Below are positions 29,360 to 39,217 of a stretch of 64,000 nucleotides of DNA, in pieces (position 1 is the stretch's first letter; every line of letters starts with the position of its first letter). The stretch covers positions 1-64,000 of IMG/VR virus record IMGVR_UViG_3300030329_005426. One strand, given 5' to 3'. A model generated the notes under the pieces. It did not search any database. It saw only the letters and a program-made list of their open reading frames with translations, and was not told the DNA's origin. This stretch comes from a virus. Both the position numbers and the translations under genes were made by a program.

Positions 29360-31021
29360 TCAAAGATCACCAAATGTATACCATCGTTCTGTTGGTTCTA
29401 GATTCTTATCTTCTCCCGCAATATCCCATCGCTGGCCGGTATTATCTACAATATGATTTTGTTGACCATCATCAATAATACCAAACGGCAGAATATCATC
29501 TTCTAACATGCGTAACTTCTCATTATATATCTTCTCACGGATGTCTATGTCGGTCATTTCCTTAAAGTACTCCTGGCGGACCAACCAAGAAAACAAAACT
29601 AAACACATAACCAAATCATCATGATGTCCTTCATCGGCCTCGTATGAAGAACCTTTTTGGATAAAACTAGATAATTCTGCAATAGTGTCAAAATCGTTAA
29701 CAATTAACTTATCATTTTCAATAAGATCTTTAAGATTTGAACATCCAGTTGATTTAACTGATTTTGTTGTCTTAACACCCATCTGAGTGCCTTTACCGAA
29801 ACCACCACCGACTTTTTGTCCAGCCCTTCCACGCATAGATGTAGAAAGAACGTTTTCATATTCTAAATCATGATGTAATATGTCAGCGACCTGCTGTCCT
29901 ATATCATTTAATTCAATCATAACAAACGCCTGATTATAAGCCAATCCAACATCTTTAATAGTGCTGGGATATATCATAGGCGAAATTTCATTAGATCTAA
30001 ATTTAGCCACTACTTTATATGGAAGGTTAGTAATATCAACAACAACAAAAGCACTATAATCTATTCCAACACCTCTTGATGTATCGGCAATAAGGCAGTA
30101 TACCCTATCTTTAATAGGCTCTTCATATATGTCAAAACTCCCTTGCCTTCTTATAGGATTCCAGAATGCCAGGCGCCTCAATATAGTTGAATTAATTAAT
30201 GTGTGTTGGCTACCTAAAAACTCACACTCAAATTCCTGAAGAAATTGTTCTTCTGATGTGTTAGCAATTGTCTGCTTTTTCCACTCTTCATTGCGATTAG
30301 GAACTTGTGTCCAATGAACTTCGATAGGAGTATATTCATTCCTACCTTCAGAAGCATCTATCCATAACTTATAAAAATGATTCATCCCATTTGGGGTTGA
30401 AACTATAATAACCTTTGATGTTTGGCCCGATGATATAGTAGGATAAACTGAACTAAAAAATTCATCCGCCATATTATTGCCAACGAATGCAAATTCGTCG
30501 AGAAAAATAAGATTATATGAACCACCTCGAATAGCACTTGATGAGGTAGCAGCAGCGACTATTTTAGATCCATTTTCGAGTTCTATATTACCTTTATTCC
30601 AAGTAACTACACCTTGCTGTAGCCACTTCGGTAAATATTCATAGGCCATCGTAATTTTAGATAATAGATCTCGTGCTAACGCTCCCTTATTAGCCAAAAT
30701 AGCAATATTTTGATTATCATGAAATAGTACCAACCATAGCATATACGCAGTAACGGTTGTACTTTTTCCTGACTGTCTCGGTAATTTACATATAGAAAAT
30801 CGTTTATTGACAAAGGTTGTAACCATATCCGATTGAAAATCATATAAATCGAATGGAATTAAGCCTTGATCAACATTAACAATTTGTATATACTGTCGAA
30901 TAAAATATTCACAATCATTAGCACATTTAATATATTCTTCTATCTGCTCTTGATCATATTCAACAGGAACATTAGTTCGTTTTAAATTGGGATTACCTAA
31001 GTAATTAACGCTTTCCACCAT
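29360..31021 (-). CDS. 17: Terminase large subunit gp17
   Basis: PRQSGKST, LDEFAF, STPNG and HDDLVM motifs. Confidence 0.98.
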   Translation of the reverse strand: MVESVNYLGNPNLKRTNVPVEYDQEQIEEYIKCANDCEYFIRQYIQIVNVDQGLIPFDLYDFQSDMVTTFVNKRFSICKLPRQSGKSTTVTAYMLWLVLFHDNQNIAILANKGALARDLLSKITMAYEYLPKWLQQGVVTWNKGNIELENGSKIVAAATSSSAIRGGSYNLIFLDEFAFVGNNMADEFFSSVYPTISSGQTSKVIIVSTPNGMNHFYKLWIDASEGRNEYTPIEVHWTQVPNRNEEWKKQTIANTSEEQFLQEFECEFLGSQHTLINSTILRRLAFWNPIRRQGSFDIYEEPIKDRVYCLIADTSRGVGIDYSAFVVVDITNLPYKVVAKFRSNEISPMIYPSTIKDVGLAYNQAFVMIELNDIGQQVADILHHDLEYENVLSTSMRGRAGQKVGGGFGKGTQMGVKTTKSVKSTGCSNLKDLIENDKLIVNDFDTIAELSSFIQKGSSYEADEGHHDDLVMCLVLFSWLVRQEYFKEMTDIDIREKIYNEKLRMLEDDILPFGIIDDGQQNHIVDNTGQRWDIAGEDKNLEPTERWYTFGDL

Positions 31022-31367
31022 GATACTCTACTGCATGCCCTTCCCGAATTAACATTTGATTAATCGTAGATTCTTGATCTAGTTTTGAATCAAATACAAT
31101 AATTTCACCTAAAATTCGTCCAAACTTTCCACGGTCGTGAGATCGTAATTTAACTACTTGCCCTTCCTGACAAAATGCTTTAACAAATTCTTTTGCAGCC
31201 AGGCCACGTTTCTTTTCTTCTAAATCCCTAGTTCTGCTCTCGGGTGCATTAACACCCATTAAGCGAACGCGCTGTTTTTTTAACCAGACACCAAAACCAA
31301 GATCAATGTCAACATCAACGGTGTCGCCGTCAACTACGCGGGTTACAACACACTTGTATTCAAACAT
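31005..31367 (-). CDS. Staphylococcal nuclease (thermonuclease)-like protein
   Basis: RVVDGDT, RVRLMGVNAPE and GKFGRILG motifs. Confidence 0.9.
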   Translation of the reverse strand: MFEYKCVVTRVVDGDTVDVDIDLGFGVWLKKQRVRLMGVNAPESRTRDLEEKKRGLAAKEFVKAFCQEGQVVKLRSHDRGKFGRILGEIIVFDSKLDQESTINQMLIREGHAVEYHGGKR

Positions 31368-31755
31368 TTTTTAACTCCTCAATTTCACTTGAATTTTTCT
31401 CGATATTCGATGCATTCTTTGTGGGCATATGATCAAAGATTACCTTTTCTAACTTGAGAAACGGAATTCTATCATTGGGTACATATCTCCACACATAATC
31501 CCCATCCCAAATACCTTCACTCTTTGTTACACCAAATACTGTTTGTGTCATTCCTATCTTAACGATCAAAGCTTCCTCACCATCAAGAATAACTTTGTCA
31601 CCCTCTTGGAATGACTTATTCATAGAGAACATAATGCCCTTAGCTAGCTTTGCCGCAAAGTCTTTAATCCATAACGTAATAACAAGCATGACAAGCACGC
31701 CAACAAATGGCATGAGTAACGCGTCAACTGTTTCTTGTAGTCCGAACGGATCCAT
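31360..31755 (-). CDS. Minimal MscS-like membrane protein
   Basis: One hydrophobic helix followed by KDF...GI.F...F.EGD.V.LDG...I.KIG...T...VPN, the MscS TM3/middle-domain pattern. Confidence 0.65.
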   Translation of the reverse strand: MDPFGLQETVDALLMPFVGVLVMLVITLWIKDFAAKLAKGIMFSMNKSFQEGDKVILDGEEALIVKIGMTQTVFGVTKSEGIWDGDYVWRYVPNDRIPFLKLEKVIFDHMPTKNASNIEKNSSEIEELKNV

Positions 31756-31888
31756 TTTCAGCCTCGATTATTTCCTCTATATGTCTATGACATCCAACAC
31801 AGATATCTTGTTCATTGAGTGTACATGTTCCTATACATTGCGAATCATTCCGAACCTGTTCTATCGTCCGCTTCAATGGTGTTAACAT
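31724..31888 (-). CDS. DUF1289-like Cys-rich protein (not in ORF track)
   Basis: Manual translation ...SQCIGTCTLNEQDICVGCHRHIEEI... Confidence 0.65.
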   Translation of the reverse strand: MLTPLKRTIEQVRNDSQCIGTCTLNEQDICVGCHRHIEEIIEAENGSVRTTRNS

Positions 31889-32330
31889 CTTTTCTCTGCT
31901 TTATCAGTTTTTGCAATTCGGCGGTATTTCCAACAAACAAAGCGTTTGTTACACTATTTGGTCCTTTTATTTCCGTTCCTTTTAAGTCTTTAACATCTTT
32001 TTGTAGCTTCATTAAATTTTGGTTTGTTTCAGATAGTGTTTTAATCAATTGTCCTAATACTTCAAAGGCTCTAGGTGACTGACTAGCCATAGCTAATTGT
32101 TTTAATGTATCTAGCGAGTCCATTCCATTGTCTATAATATTTTTTAAATTACCACGCGCATAATTATAGTCTTCGTCAATAGCTGCGTTATTATCATCTA
32201 TTACAGCTGGAATAGGCGCAGCAGCAGGCACCATCGACCCAATCTGCATATTCATAACTTCTTCGACTGTATTAGCTGGTTCAATATCTAAAATTTTATT
32301 TAGATTATCTTCAGTGTTTGTCTTTGTCAT
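31845..32330 (-). CDS. 16: Terminase small subunit gp16
   Basis: DYNYARGNL, SPRAFEVLGQLIK and NALFVGNTAELQK motifs. Confidence 0.92.
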   Translation of the reverse strand: MTKTNTEDNLNKILDIEPANTVEEVMNMQIGSMVPAAAPIPAVIDDNNAAIDEDYNYARGNLKNIIDNGMDSLDTLKQLAMASQSPRAFEVLGQLIKTLSETNQNLMKLQKDVKDLKGTEIKGPNSVTNALFVGNTAELQKLIKQRKDVNTIEADDRTGSE

Positions 32331-32460
32331 TACAATTCTCGCATCTACATTGTTTACATACTTGTATTTGGCCTTGAATACCTTTGCCTGGTGGCCTAAA
32401 TTCTTTCCAAAGAGGAACTCCACAATGGCTCTCATGACCACAATTTTGACAATTTATCAT
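32311..32460 (-). CDS. Small Cys/His-rich metal-binding protein
   Basis: CQNCGHESHCG...VCKQCRCENC. Confidence 0.65.
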   Translation of the reverse strand: MINCQNCGHESHCGVPLWKEFRPPGKGIQGQIQVCKQCRCENCNDKDKH

Positions 32461-32699
32461 TCGAATTGTCCTGTCTCTAGGCCTTGTCTTTCGGAAGACG
32501 ATTTCCATTTATCACATACATGATCTACACGACATTCAAAATCAAATAATGTACATATATTCGGCTCATGCCAATATGAACATCCTTTGTCGCAACGCCG
32601 GTCGGCATCTTCAATCGTCGCTTTACGATAGTTATGTTTTAAAGCGTCCTGCACTGCTTCATGTATTTTAAATCGTTTCATCTTATGGCTCCGAATCAT
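32457..32699 (-). CDS. HiPIP-like 4-Cys protein
   Basis: Y...CDKGCSYW....CTLF....V...VCDKW spacing resembles a high-potential iron-sulfur protein. Confidence 0.45.
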   Translation of the reverse strand: MIRSHKMKRFKIHEAVQDALKHNYRKATIEDADRRCDKGCSYWHEPNICTLFDFECRVDHVCDKWKSSSERQGLETGQFE

Positions 32700-33555
32700 A
32701 ATGGAACATGTCTATAGCAAAACCATAATCATCATTAGCAGTTATCTGTGACGTAGCAACTGATGCTGCGCTATTAGTTGTAGCAAATCTACCTGTACTA
32801 TTTACTATTAAACCAGGCGTTAATTTTATTTTTTCAGATACTGTTGCTTTATTTGTTTGTGCTTGAGTTATAGTAGTATTAGAAACACCACTTTCCCAAT
32901 CAGTTCTTGGTATTAGGAAGTTGATATCTGATCTCTTAATAATACCCGACTTGGTAGTAGGTCCAAATATCCATGCTTTGACTAAGAAATCTAAAGTCCA
33001 TATCAATGCCCGACGTGTATCAAAATCACCCTCATATGTATCTTCTAAAGATATACCGTTTAAAACAGTTGCAATATCATAATTTAATGACATTTCTGGA
33101 ATCAATCTAACTGTATTTGTCCATTCTGGTGTAAAAAACGGGAGTATTTGTTCTAGAATTTGAGTTCCATCATCAGCATTTTTAACAAAAATACCTAATT
33201 GAAAATTTAAATCATATGGAACAGGGACGTATTGTTGCTTTACTTTATCTCCATCAGCAGTTTGAATTAATATATTTTTCTGCATCGTATTTAATTTACG
33301 CTGAGGATTATAATTCATACCATTCATTTCAAAACCTATTCGTGGTAATGAAATAGCAACATCTTGGTCAAGATTTGGATCTTGAGCTAGTCTGACTAGA
33401 AATTTTTCTTTAGGACCATATGCGATAGGTACTTTAATTGCCTGAACGCGCTGCCCGGCATTATTTAATCGCTGGACAACTATATCATTAAACATGTTAC
33501 CAAACATGATAACATATTTACGCAAAACTCCGTTATAATATTGATGTCCAAACAT
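32683..33555 (-). CDS. 15: Tail sheath stabiliser / completion protein gp15
   Basis: VPIAYGPKEKFL, LPRIGFE and QILEQILPFF motifs. Confidence 0.93.
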   Translation of the reverse strand: MFGHQYYNGVLRKYVIMFGNMFNDIVVQRLNNAGQRVQAIKVPIAYGPKEKFLVRLAQDPNLDQDVAISLPRIGFEMNGMNYNPQRKLNTMQKNILIQTADGDKVKQQYVPVPYDLNFQLGIFVKNADDGTQILEQILPFFTPEWTNTVRLIPEMSLNYDIATVLNGISLEDTYEGDFDTRRALIWTLDFLVKAWIFGPTTKSGIIKRSDINFLIPRTDWESGVSNTTITQAQTNKATVSEKIKLTPGLIVNSTGRFATTNSAASVATSQITANDDYGFAIDMFHYDSEP

Positions 33556-34397
33556 TAGTATCTATCCACTTCTGAAAATGGGTTACCTTCACTGAAATCT
33601 AAAATACTATCAGCTTCTAGACCATAAAATTCATTATTCGCTGATGCATCTGTCGTTTCGATTCTAAATGATTCCTGTACAATTGAATCGCCATCCTCAC
33701 TAACCAATTTATCACCTGATTCAAGTAACATTTCATAAAATAACATATCGCCGCTATATCTAGTTTCAATAGCATCAATTTCTGTGTTACCAGTATCAAG
33801 CTGCTCATGACTATATTGAAATAACTCACAACGTAAATCATAAGTTTGAAGTCTTCCTGTTTGATAAAATACTTCTTCATGCTCAACAAATTTTATTTCA
33901 AATATTTTATCATTTAACGGAAAATATATTAAATCCCCTTCTAGAGGCCGGGAGCTGGATATACTATAACTATTAACACCAGCGGACCCAGCCTCTAGCA
34001 TCAGCATGTGACTGTTTGCGGGGGCGGATGTATTAGCAGTCTCAAGCTGATATGTATAACCTACTTCATCTTGTAAACTTTCGCCTTGACTTATCTGATC
34101 AAATCTTTTGCGAGCAACGGTTAATGTCAGTTGGTCTCTAATTTCTAGATTAAATCGAGATAAAAAATCTCCTTCACCTTCAAAACCTTCGACATTTTTA
34201 ATATACATTTCCACAGGAACAGCAAGATTAAACTGTGAAAGAGTATCTTCTCCGAATAAATTATCTTCTTTAACAAGAGTACGGGGCATATACCTTACGT
34301 CATGACCATAGATTTTAATAGCCTCTATAGTCAAGTCTTCGACTAAATCTTGCTCACCAGCATAGGAGAAATTATTAAAATACTTATTAATAGCCAT
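33555..34397 (-). CDS. 14: Neck protein gp14
   Basis: EAIKIYG, PLEGDLIYFP, FEIKFVEHE and DFSEGNPF motifs. Confidence 0.93.
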   Translation of the reverse strand: MAINKYFNNFSYAGEQDLVEDLTIEAIKIYGHDVRYMPRTLVKEDNLFGEDTLSQFNLAVPVEMYIKNVEGFEGEGDFLSRFNLEIRDQLTLTVARKRFDQISQGESLQDEVGYTYQLETANTSAPANSHMLMLEAGSAGVNSYSISSSRPLEGDLIYFPLNDKIFEIKFVEHEEVFYQTGRLQTYDLRCELFQYSHEQLDTGNTEIDAIETRYSGDMLFYEMLLESGDKLVSEDGDSIVQESFRIETTDASANNEFYGLEADSILDFSEGNPFSEVDRY

Positions 34398-34401
34398 CTG
34401 A

Positions 34402-35145
34402 TTATCCAATCATATCTGAGACTGGCAAGCTATATGAACCTATCATTTCTTCTTCTAGCTTGTTTACCTCTTCGACAGCTTCCTCCCATATTTTTTGTCC
34501 GTTAAATGTTAAACCACCAGGCATTTGCATACCTTCGAATTTTTTAAGATTTTCCCCCCATTGCTTTTTAAATAAAGCGGTGGTATATTGTCTAAGCCAC
34601 CTATCACCATATACTGATGTATAGGTATCTGGATCTAGAACACGATATGCCTCGATAACCAGATATTCACCTAACGTTACATCATCATCCCAATCCATAT
34701 CAATATATAATCTATCTGTATGACGATTAAATCTAATAGGTTGTTTGCCTACAAATAACTCTTCTAATTGTTCAACGTGTCGCATAGCAGTTACATACGG
34801 AACATATGTAGAGCTAGTAAAGTCAAACAAATCATTTAAATGAATTTGATATCGAATATTGAATAGATTTGATGCATTAATGGCATCGCCTATATCAAAT
34901 ATACGGACAACGCCCATAATATTATCTGGGACGGTAATATATTGATTATCTTTATCTGTTTGTGTTATTGCATGTTTAAGGTATGTGCGCTCACTGCCAT
35001 CGAAATGATAATCTCGATAGTATGAAATAGCGTCGTCAATACGATCCTCAAGCTGGCCAGCATCAACATTAATGTCAACAACTGGATAGCCAAGGCGGCG
35101 CAAACAGTAATCTTTTAACTCAGTACGGGAAGCTGGTGTCGCCAT
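34402..35145 (-). CDS. 13: Neck protein gp13
   Basis: YCLRRLGYPVVDINV and KKQWGENL.KF.G..MPGG motifs. Confidence 0.93.
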   Translation of the reverse strand: MATPASRTELKDYCLRRLGYPVVDINVDAGQLEDRIDDAISYYRDYHFDGSERTYLKHAITQTDKDNQYITVPDNIMGVVRIFDIGDAINASNLFNIRYQIHLNDLFDFTSSTYVPYVTAMRHVEQLEELFVGKQPIRFNRHTDRLYIDMDWDDDVTLGEYLVIEAYRVLDPDTYTSVYGDRWLRQYTTALFKKQWGENLKKFEGMQMPGGLTFNGQKIWEEAVEEVNKLEEEMIGSYSLPVSDMIG

Positions 35146-35150
35146 TATTG

Positions 35151-35183
35151 ATCTCCTTGTTATGTTCTTATTTATAAGGAGAT
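35151..35183 (-). promoter_or_regulatory. Late promoter inside an RBS-sequestering hairpin upstream of g13
   Basis: ATCTCCTT-ATAAATAAGAACATAAC-AAGGAGAT, with TATAAATA at 35176-35169. Confidence 0.7.
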
Positions 35184-35194
35184 TGTATGTAGCT

Positions 35195-36208
35195 TTACAA
35201 CAAGGCTTTGAATTCCTCGGTAAATTGAATACACCATTTTTTAGGAACGCTAGTTGTTACCTTAAAGAACTGCCTTTCAGGATTATCTAGCGACTTATAA
35301 TAGATACCATCTCTGACCAAAATGCCCTTTTCAGATAAACTTTTCCATAAATCTGTCGAATTATGTTGAGGCAAGTCAATCCACAAACTATTCCCAAAAT
35401 TAAATTCATATGGAAATTCTACAGGCATATCTTTCAAATTATCTATAATATAATCTCTGTTCGCAATAGTAGTTTTCTTTAATTTAGGTAGCCATTCTGA
35501 TTTAGTATGTAAGGAAGCACCTGCAGCAAGTTGTCCAATGCTACTGCTCCCTAACTGGTTACCTCTTAATCCAAATACCGCTTTCATATTATCGGGGCTA
35601 CATACAACTGCTCCGGTTCTTAGACCAGCTAAACCTGGTGATTTGGAATAACTAAGAGTAATAAATGTTTTCTCTGGATAATCTTGGTATATTGCATAAT
35701 ATTCATTTAAAAAATCTTTGTAGGTGCAATCATATAATATCCATGCACCGTTTTCTTTTGCCGCGTCTTTAATTTCAATTAATTCATCTACCATATAGGT
35801 ATGCCCTATGGGATTTTGTGGATTAACAATATTAATAACATCAGCGCCTTGAATATGTTTAGGCTTTATCTTTCCAGGAACCAAAAACTGAGGCATTTCT
35901 TTAACATATTCGCGCGGCCATTTCCAAGCTGGATCAGAATCGATAAATCGACCGTTAGAATTTTTTAGAAACATTAATATTTGATATATCGCTGGGCCAG
36001 CGCCATCAGTGATACAAACCTTTGCATCTGTATCGGACAATCCAATATCATCTAATATTTGTTCATGTAGCCAATCATAGCCCATCGGTGGTGGATAATT
36101 TTGAAATAAATTATCTCTTATTCCGGCTCTAATAGTTCTTTTCATAAAACTAGGAGCAGGAAGATGACATGTATTTTGATCCATTGTAAGCATTACGGAA
36201 CCCTCCAT
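35195..36208 (-). CDS. PLP-dependent class I/II aminotransferase (HisC-like)
   Basis: NPQNPIG, DCTY and SYSK..GLAGLRTG motifs. Confidence 0.88.
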   Translation of the reverse strand: MEGSVMLTMDQNTCHLPAPSFMKRTIRAGIRDNLFQNYPPPMGYDWLHEQILDDIGLSDTDAKVCITDGAGPAIYQILMFLKNSNGRFIDSDPAWKWPREYVKEMPQFLVPGKIKPKHIQGADVINIVNPQNPIGHTYMVDELIEIKDAAKENGAWILYDCTYKDFLNEYYAIYQDYPEKTFITLSYSKSPGLAGLRTGAVVCSPDNMKAVFGLRGNQLGSSSIGQLAAGASLHTKSEWLPKLKKTTIANRDYIIDNLKDMPVEFPYEFNFGNSLWIDLPQHNSTDLWKSLSEKGILVRDGIYYKSLDNPERQFFKVTTSVPKKWCIQFTEEFKALL

Positions 36209-37329
36209 TCAATACCACGGTGTTGCCATTCATTGCTTACAACTAGTTGAGCCCAATCTGCTATCTGACCATATATGTCACTACATACCTCGCCCATTAC
36301 GTGAAAGCAATCTTCATACATCCATACATCACCATGTGGAATATTTTCTTTTACAAATGATATAGCTTGTTCAGGTGGGCATAATTCATCCATCTCACCA
36401 CCTACTAATAGATAAGGCATTTTTATTTTTTTAGCTCTTGCTATTAGTTGCTTATCAATTGCATTACAGTACTTATCAAATTTCTTTTCATCATGTATAT
36501 TAGCCATTTCCATAAAAATACGTCTAAAATTAGGCTGTGCTTGATTAAAGATTATCTCTGTATTTCCAACATTTGACATCTGGCCTATACATGCAACTAC
36601 ACTGGAATTTTTAGCAGCCGCTTCAATTACCCAACGTGTACCAAAGCTCATCCCAAATAATACTACTTGTTTCGAGCGGCCTGGTACACCCAATCCCTTA
36701 ATCATTGTATCTATAGCTTCGGACATATTATCAATTTTAATATAATTTTCATCCATCATTTGACTTACGTGTCCAGGGCCTTCAATTACAACTACATTAA
36801 AACCTCTATTATACCACGGGTTATTATACGGAAATAATACCTCTTCTTTAAATTGATCCATGCCGGGTACTATTACAACATAGGGAACATGAGGATCGTG
36901 TTCCATCACTAAAGCACTATAACCATTACCTCTGATTGTTCTAGCCTTTTCGAAATGTTGTTCGAAATGGGCCCAACAAATTTTTAATTGGCCATAATAT
37001 TCTATCTTTTTAGGATGCCGAATACCTTTAATGGTATGTTGAGCACGGCCGTAACACATAGCAGCTCTATGATAAAATTCGGCTTTTGTTGTAGATGAAA
37101 TAGCACTTCTAGCCATAAGTTCTAATTTATGACCTTGCTTCGCCCAGCTTTTAGAGTAAGAGCGACGACCAGTAATTCTACTATATACTTGTTGTAGATC
37201 ACTATACTTATATCCACGCTCTAATCGTTGAGCTAGAACGCCAGGATGAAGTGTATCCTCATTTTCACTTAATTTTAAAAAATTATCGAATACCCAATTC
37301 TGGTCGTTTCTGGATTTGGTCAGACTCAT
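36193..37329 (-). CDS. Alpha/beta hydrolase (FrsA / dihydropseudooxynicotine hydrolase-like)
   Basis: PGMDQFKEE, EGPG, GMSFG nucleophile elbow, Asp (DELC) and His (FHV). Confidence 0.8.
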   Translation of the reverse strand: MSLTKSRNDQNWVFDNFLKLSENEDTLHPGVLAQRLERGYKYSDLQQVYSRITGRRSYSKSWAKQGHKLELMARSAISSTTKAEFYHRAAMCYGRAQHTIKGIRHPKKIEYYGQLKICWAHFEQHFEKARTIRGNGYSALVMEHDPHVPYVVIVPGMDQFKEEVLFPYNNPWYNRGFNVVVIEGPGHVSQMMDENYIKIDNMSEAIDTMIKGLGVPGRSKQVVLFGMSFGTRWVIEAAAKNSSVVACIGQMSNVGNTEIIFNQAQPNFRRIFMEMANIHDEKKFDKYCNAIDKQLIARAKKIKMPYLLVGGEMDELCPPEQAISFVKENIPHGDVWMYEDCFHVMGEVCSDIYGQIADWAQLVVSNEWQHRGIEWRVP

Positions 37330-37840
37330 TTACCATCCACCCTTTCTCATAAAAGTTCACGAGTTCATCGAATGTAAAACCACTACCATCATGTGCTTTG
37401 TCATAGAAACTAATTGTCAAAAGATAACGATGTAAATTAGGATGATCATTCTCAATCTTATGTGGATTCATTGTATTAAAGATTAGAGGTACGTTTGGTT
37501 GATAAGGTACTTCATATCTTTCAAACGTATTAGGTTCAACCATCCAACAACGCTGTGTATCGTTTTGCGCTGTTAGTAACATATTAATCGCACATGTACG
37601 CCTACCATCTTTATGCCAATTAAACCAACTATTAGCATAGAATTTCCCGACATAGGCATAATCAATCTTAACATAGAATAGATTTTTAAGATATGTCATA
37701 TATTCATCAGGTAAAGGAATAGCATATAACCCATAATCATTTGGATTATCATTATCCTCCTTGCCCAACCATTCAAAGATAGGTCCTGTGTTAATATTTA
37801 CTTTTGGAATGTGGTGCCACATTCCCTTCATATTTTCCAT
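37283..37840 (-). CDS. Cupin / 2OG-Fe(II) oxygenase-like protein
   Basis: WHKD...CAIN...FNT..PH....RY.L pattern. Confidence 0.65.
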   Translation of the reverse strand: MENMKGMWHHIPKVNINTGPIFEWLGKEDNDNPNDYGLYAIPLPDEYMTYLKNLFYVKIDYAYVGKFYANSWFNWHKDGRRTCAINMLLTAQNDTQRCWMVEPNTFERYEVPYQPNVPLIFNTMNPHKIENDHPNLHRYLLTISFYDKAHDGSGFTFDELVNFYEKGWMVNESDQIQKRPELGIR

Positions 37841-38199
37841 TATGTCTCCTTCGGATAGATCAAAAACACTACATGGGCATACTCAGGTACTACCCAGTTG
37901 TGCATTGTGTCGTGATCTAATATCATATCGCCCTTCTTGAAAACTAACAATTCAAAAGAGCGCTCTTTCTCTACTTGCATATGTATTTCACCATCGATAA
38001 CAACACCGAAAGTTAAACCACCCTTATGCCAGCTAGGTTCAACCGGCCCGTGATATACACAAGAACGCCACAGTCCAGTTAGCTCTCTGTCTGTTACATC
38101 CTTCCAACTATTTACGTACTCGAAACCAGGCCGGCCCTCCTTATATGTATGTGCTTCTTCCGCATATCTATCTTGCCACACCTCTGTAAACTTACTCAT
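37840..38199 (-). CDS. Cupin-fold protein
   Basis: WH...VIDGEI...KGD...MHNW pattern. Confidence 0.5.
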   Translation of the reverse strand: MSKFTEVWQDRYAEEAHTYKEGRPGFEYVNSWKDVTDRELTGLWRSCVYHGPVEPSWHKGGLTFGVVIDGEIHMQVEKERSFELLVFKKGDMILDHDTMHNWVVPEYAHVVFLIYPKET

Positions 38200-39199
38200 T
38201 ATGCCATCTCCCAAATCCGCCCATGTTCCAATCTTCGTCAATCCAAGCACCATAAGGAGACCCGTGATTAGGTCGTCCTGTCTTGGCTAAATGTTTGTGA
38301 ACATCAAATAATCTTTTACCTTTATGTCCGAAAAGATTCTTTGGTGTAGATTCTTGTTTAGTCCATTCAAATACGTCATCTGTTCTATAATATTCACGTA
38401 TACTTTCTTTTATTTGAAATTTGTGTATAGAATCATGGCACGTAGCTACAGGATTATTCATCGACCATAATTGAATAAGTGGATGTTCATAAAAATGAAT
38501 TAAATTGTTTATGCGTTTTCTTGCGATACAATGATATCTAGTAGCATTTAATTGCCACTTCATTGTCCAAAATAACCACCAAAATTCATCTGCATTTGAT
38601 TCCAAATCAAAAGGACATGCATCTAATACTGGTTGTAAAAATTCTTTGCGGCTATCAGGAATACCGTCATCAACATCCCATATAAAGCCAGTCCCTTCAA
38701 CCCAACCTTTTTTATTTGCTATACCCACTTCTCTAGTACAGTAATCACCAAACTCACCACTGATTAATGTTACCGGCTTTTCAGATAATTCAGATAACAT
38801 AAGATAAAAATCTTTAAATTTAAATCTTGGTGCTTTTCTAACAATATTTTTATAAAAATATGGATTTTCTTCTATACTCGTATCAGAATATACAATAGTA
38901 AAAAAGGCCCCTATCTTTAAAAGACTCGTAACAATATTAGTACTATCAATACCACCAGACCAAAGAACGTATAAAGGATCATCTGAGTTATTCCAGATAT
39001 CCTCAGCAACGCTTTGTGATACGTCACTAAATGAATCGTTTATTTGTTTGTATTTGGGAATAGGGGATATATCTACCTGATCATATGGTAGATCAATGCT
39101 GTGCGTTCTATCATAAATTCGTTTGTCTGTAAATTCGTGGCTGAGCTGGTTCCAGAATTCATCTTCAAACTCCGCCATAGGCGGCATAATATATTTCAT
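38192..39199 (-). CDS. Asparagine-synthetase-like ATP pyrophosphatase (amide ligase domain, no GATase domain)
   Basis: LWSGGIDST PP-loop and ISGEFGD motif. Confidence 0.7.
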   Translation of the reverse strand: MKYIMPPMAEFEDEFWNQLSHEFTDKRIYDRTHSIDLPYDQVDISPIPKYKQINDSFSDVSQSVAEDIWNNSDDPLYVLWSGGIDSTNIVTSLLKIGAFFTIVYSDTSIEENPYFYKNIVRKAPRFKFKDFYLMLSELSEKPVTLISGEFGDYCTREVGIANKKGWVEGTGFIWDVDDGIPDSRKEFLQPVLDACPFDLESNADEFWWLFWTMKWQLNATRYHCIARKRINNLIHFYEHPLIQLWSMNNPVATCHDSIHKFQIKESIREYYRTDDVFEWTKQESTPKNLFGHKGKRLFDVHKHLAKTGRPNHGSPYGAWIDEDWNMGGFGRWHNE

Positions 39200-39217
39200 A
39201 GTTTACATCACTTTATA

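Noticed and set aside
11940-31021. Introns, inteins or stop-codon reassignment in core genes
   Set aside because: gp46, gp47, UvsW, gp23, gp20, gp18 and gp17 are continuous and of expected size in the standard code
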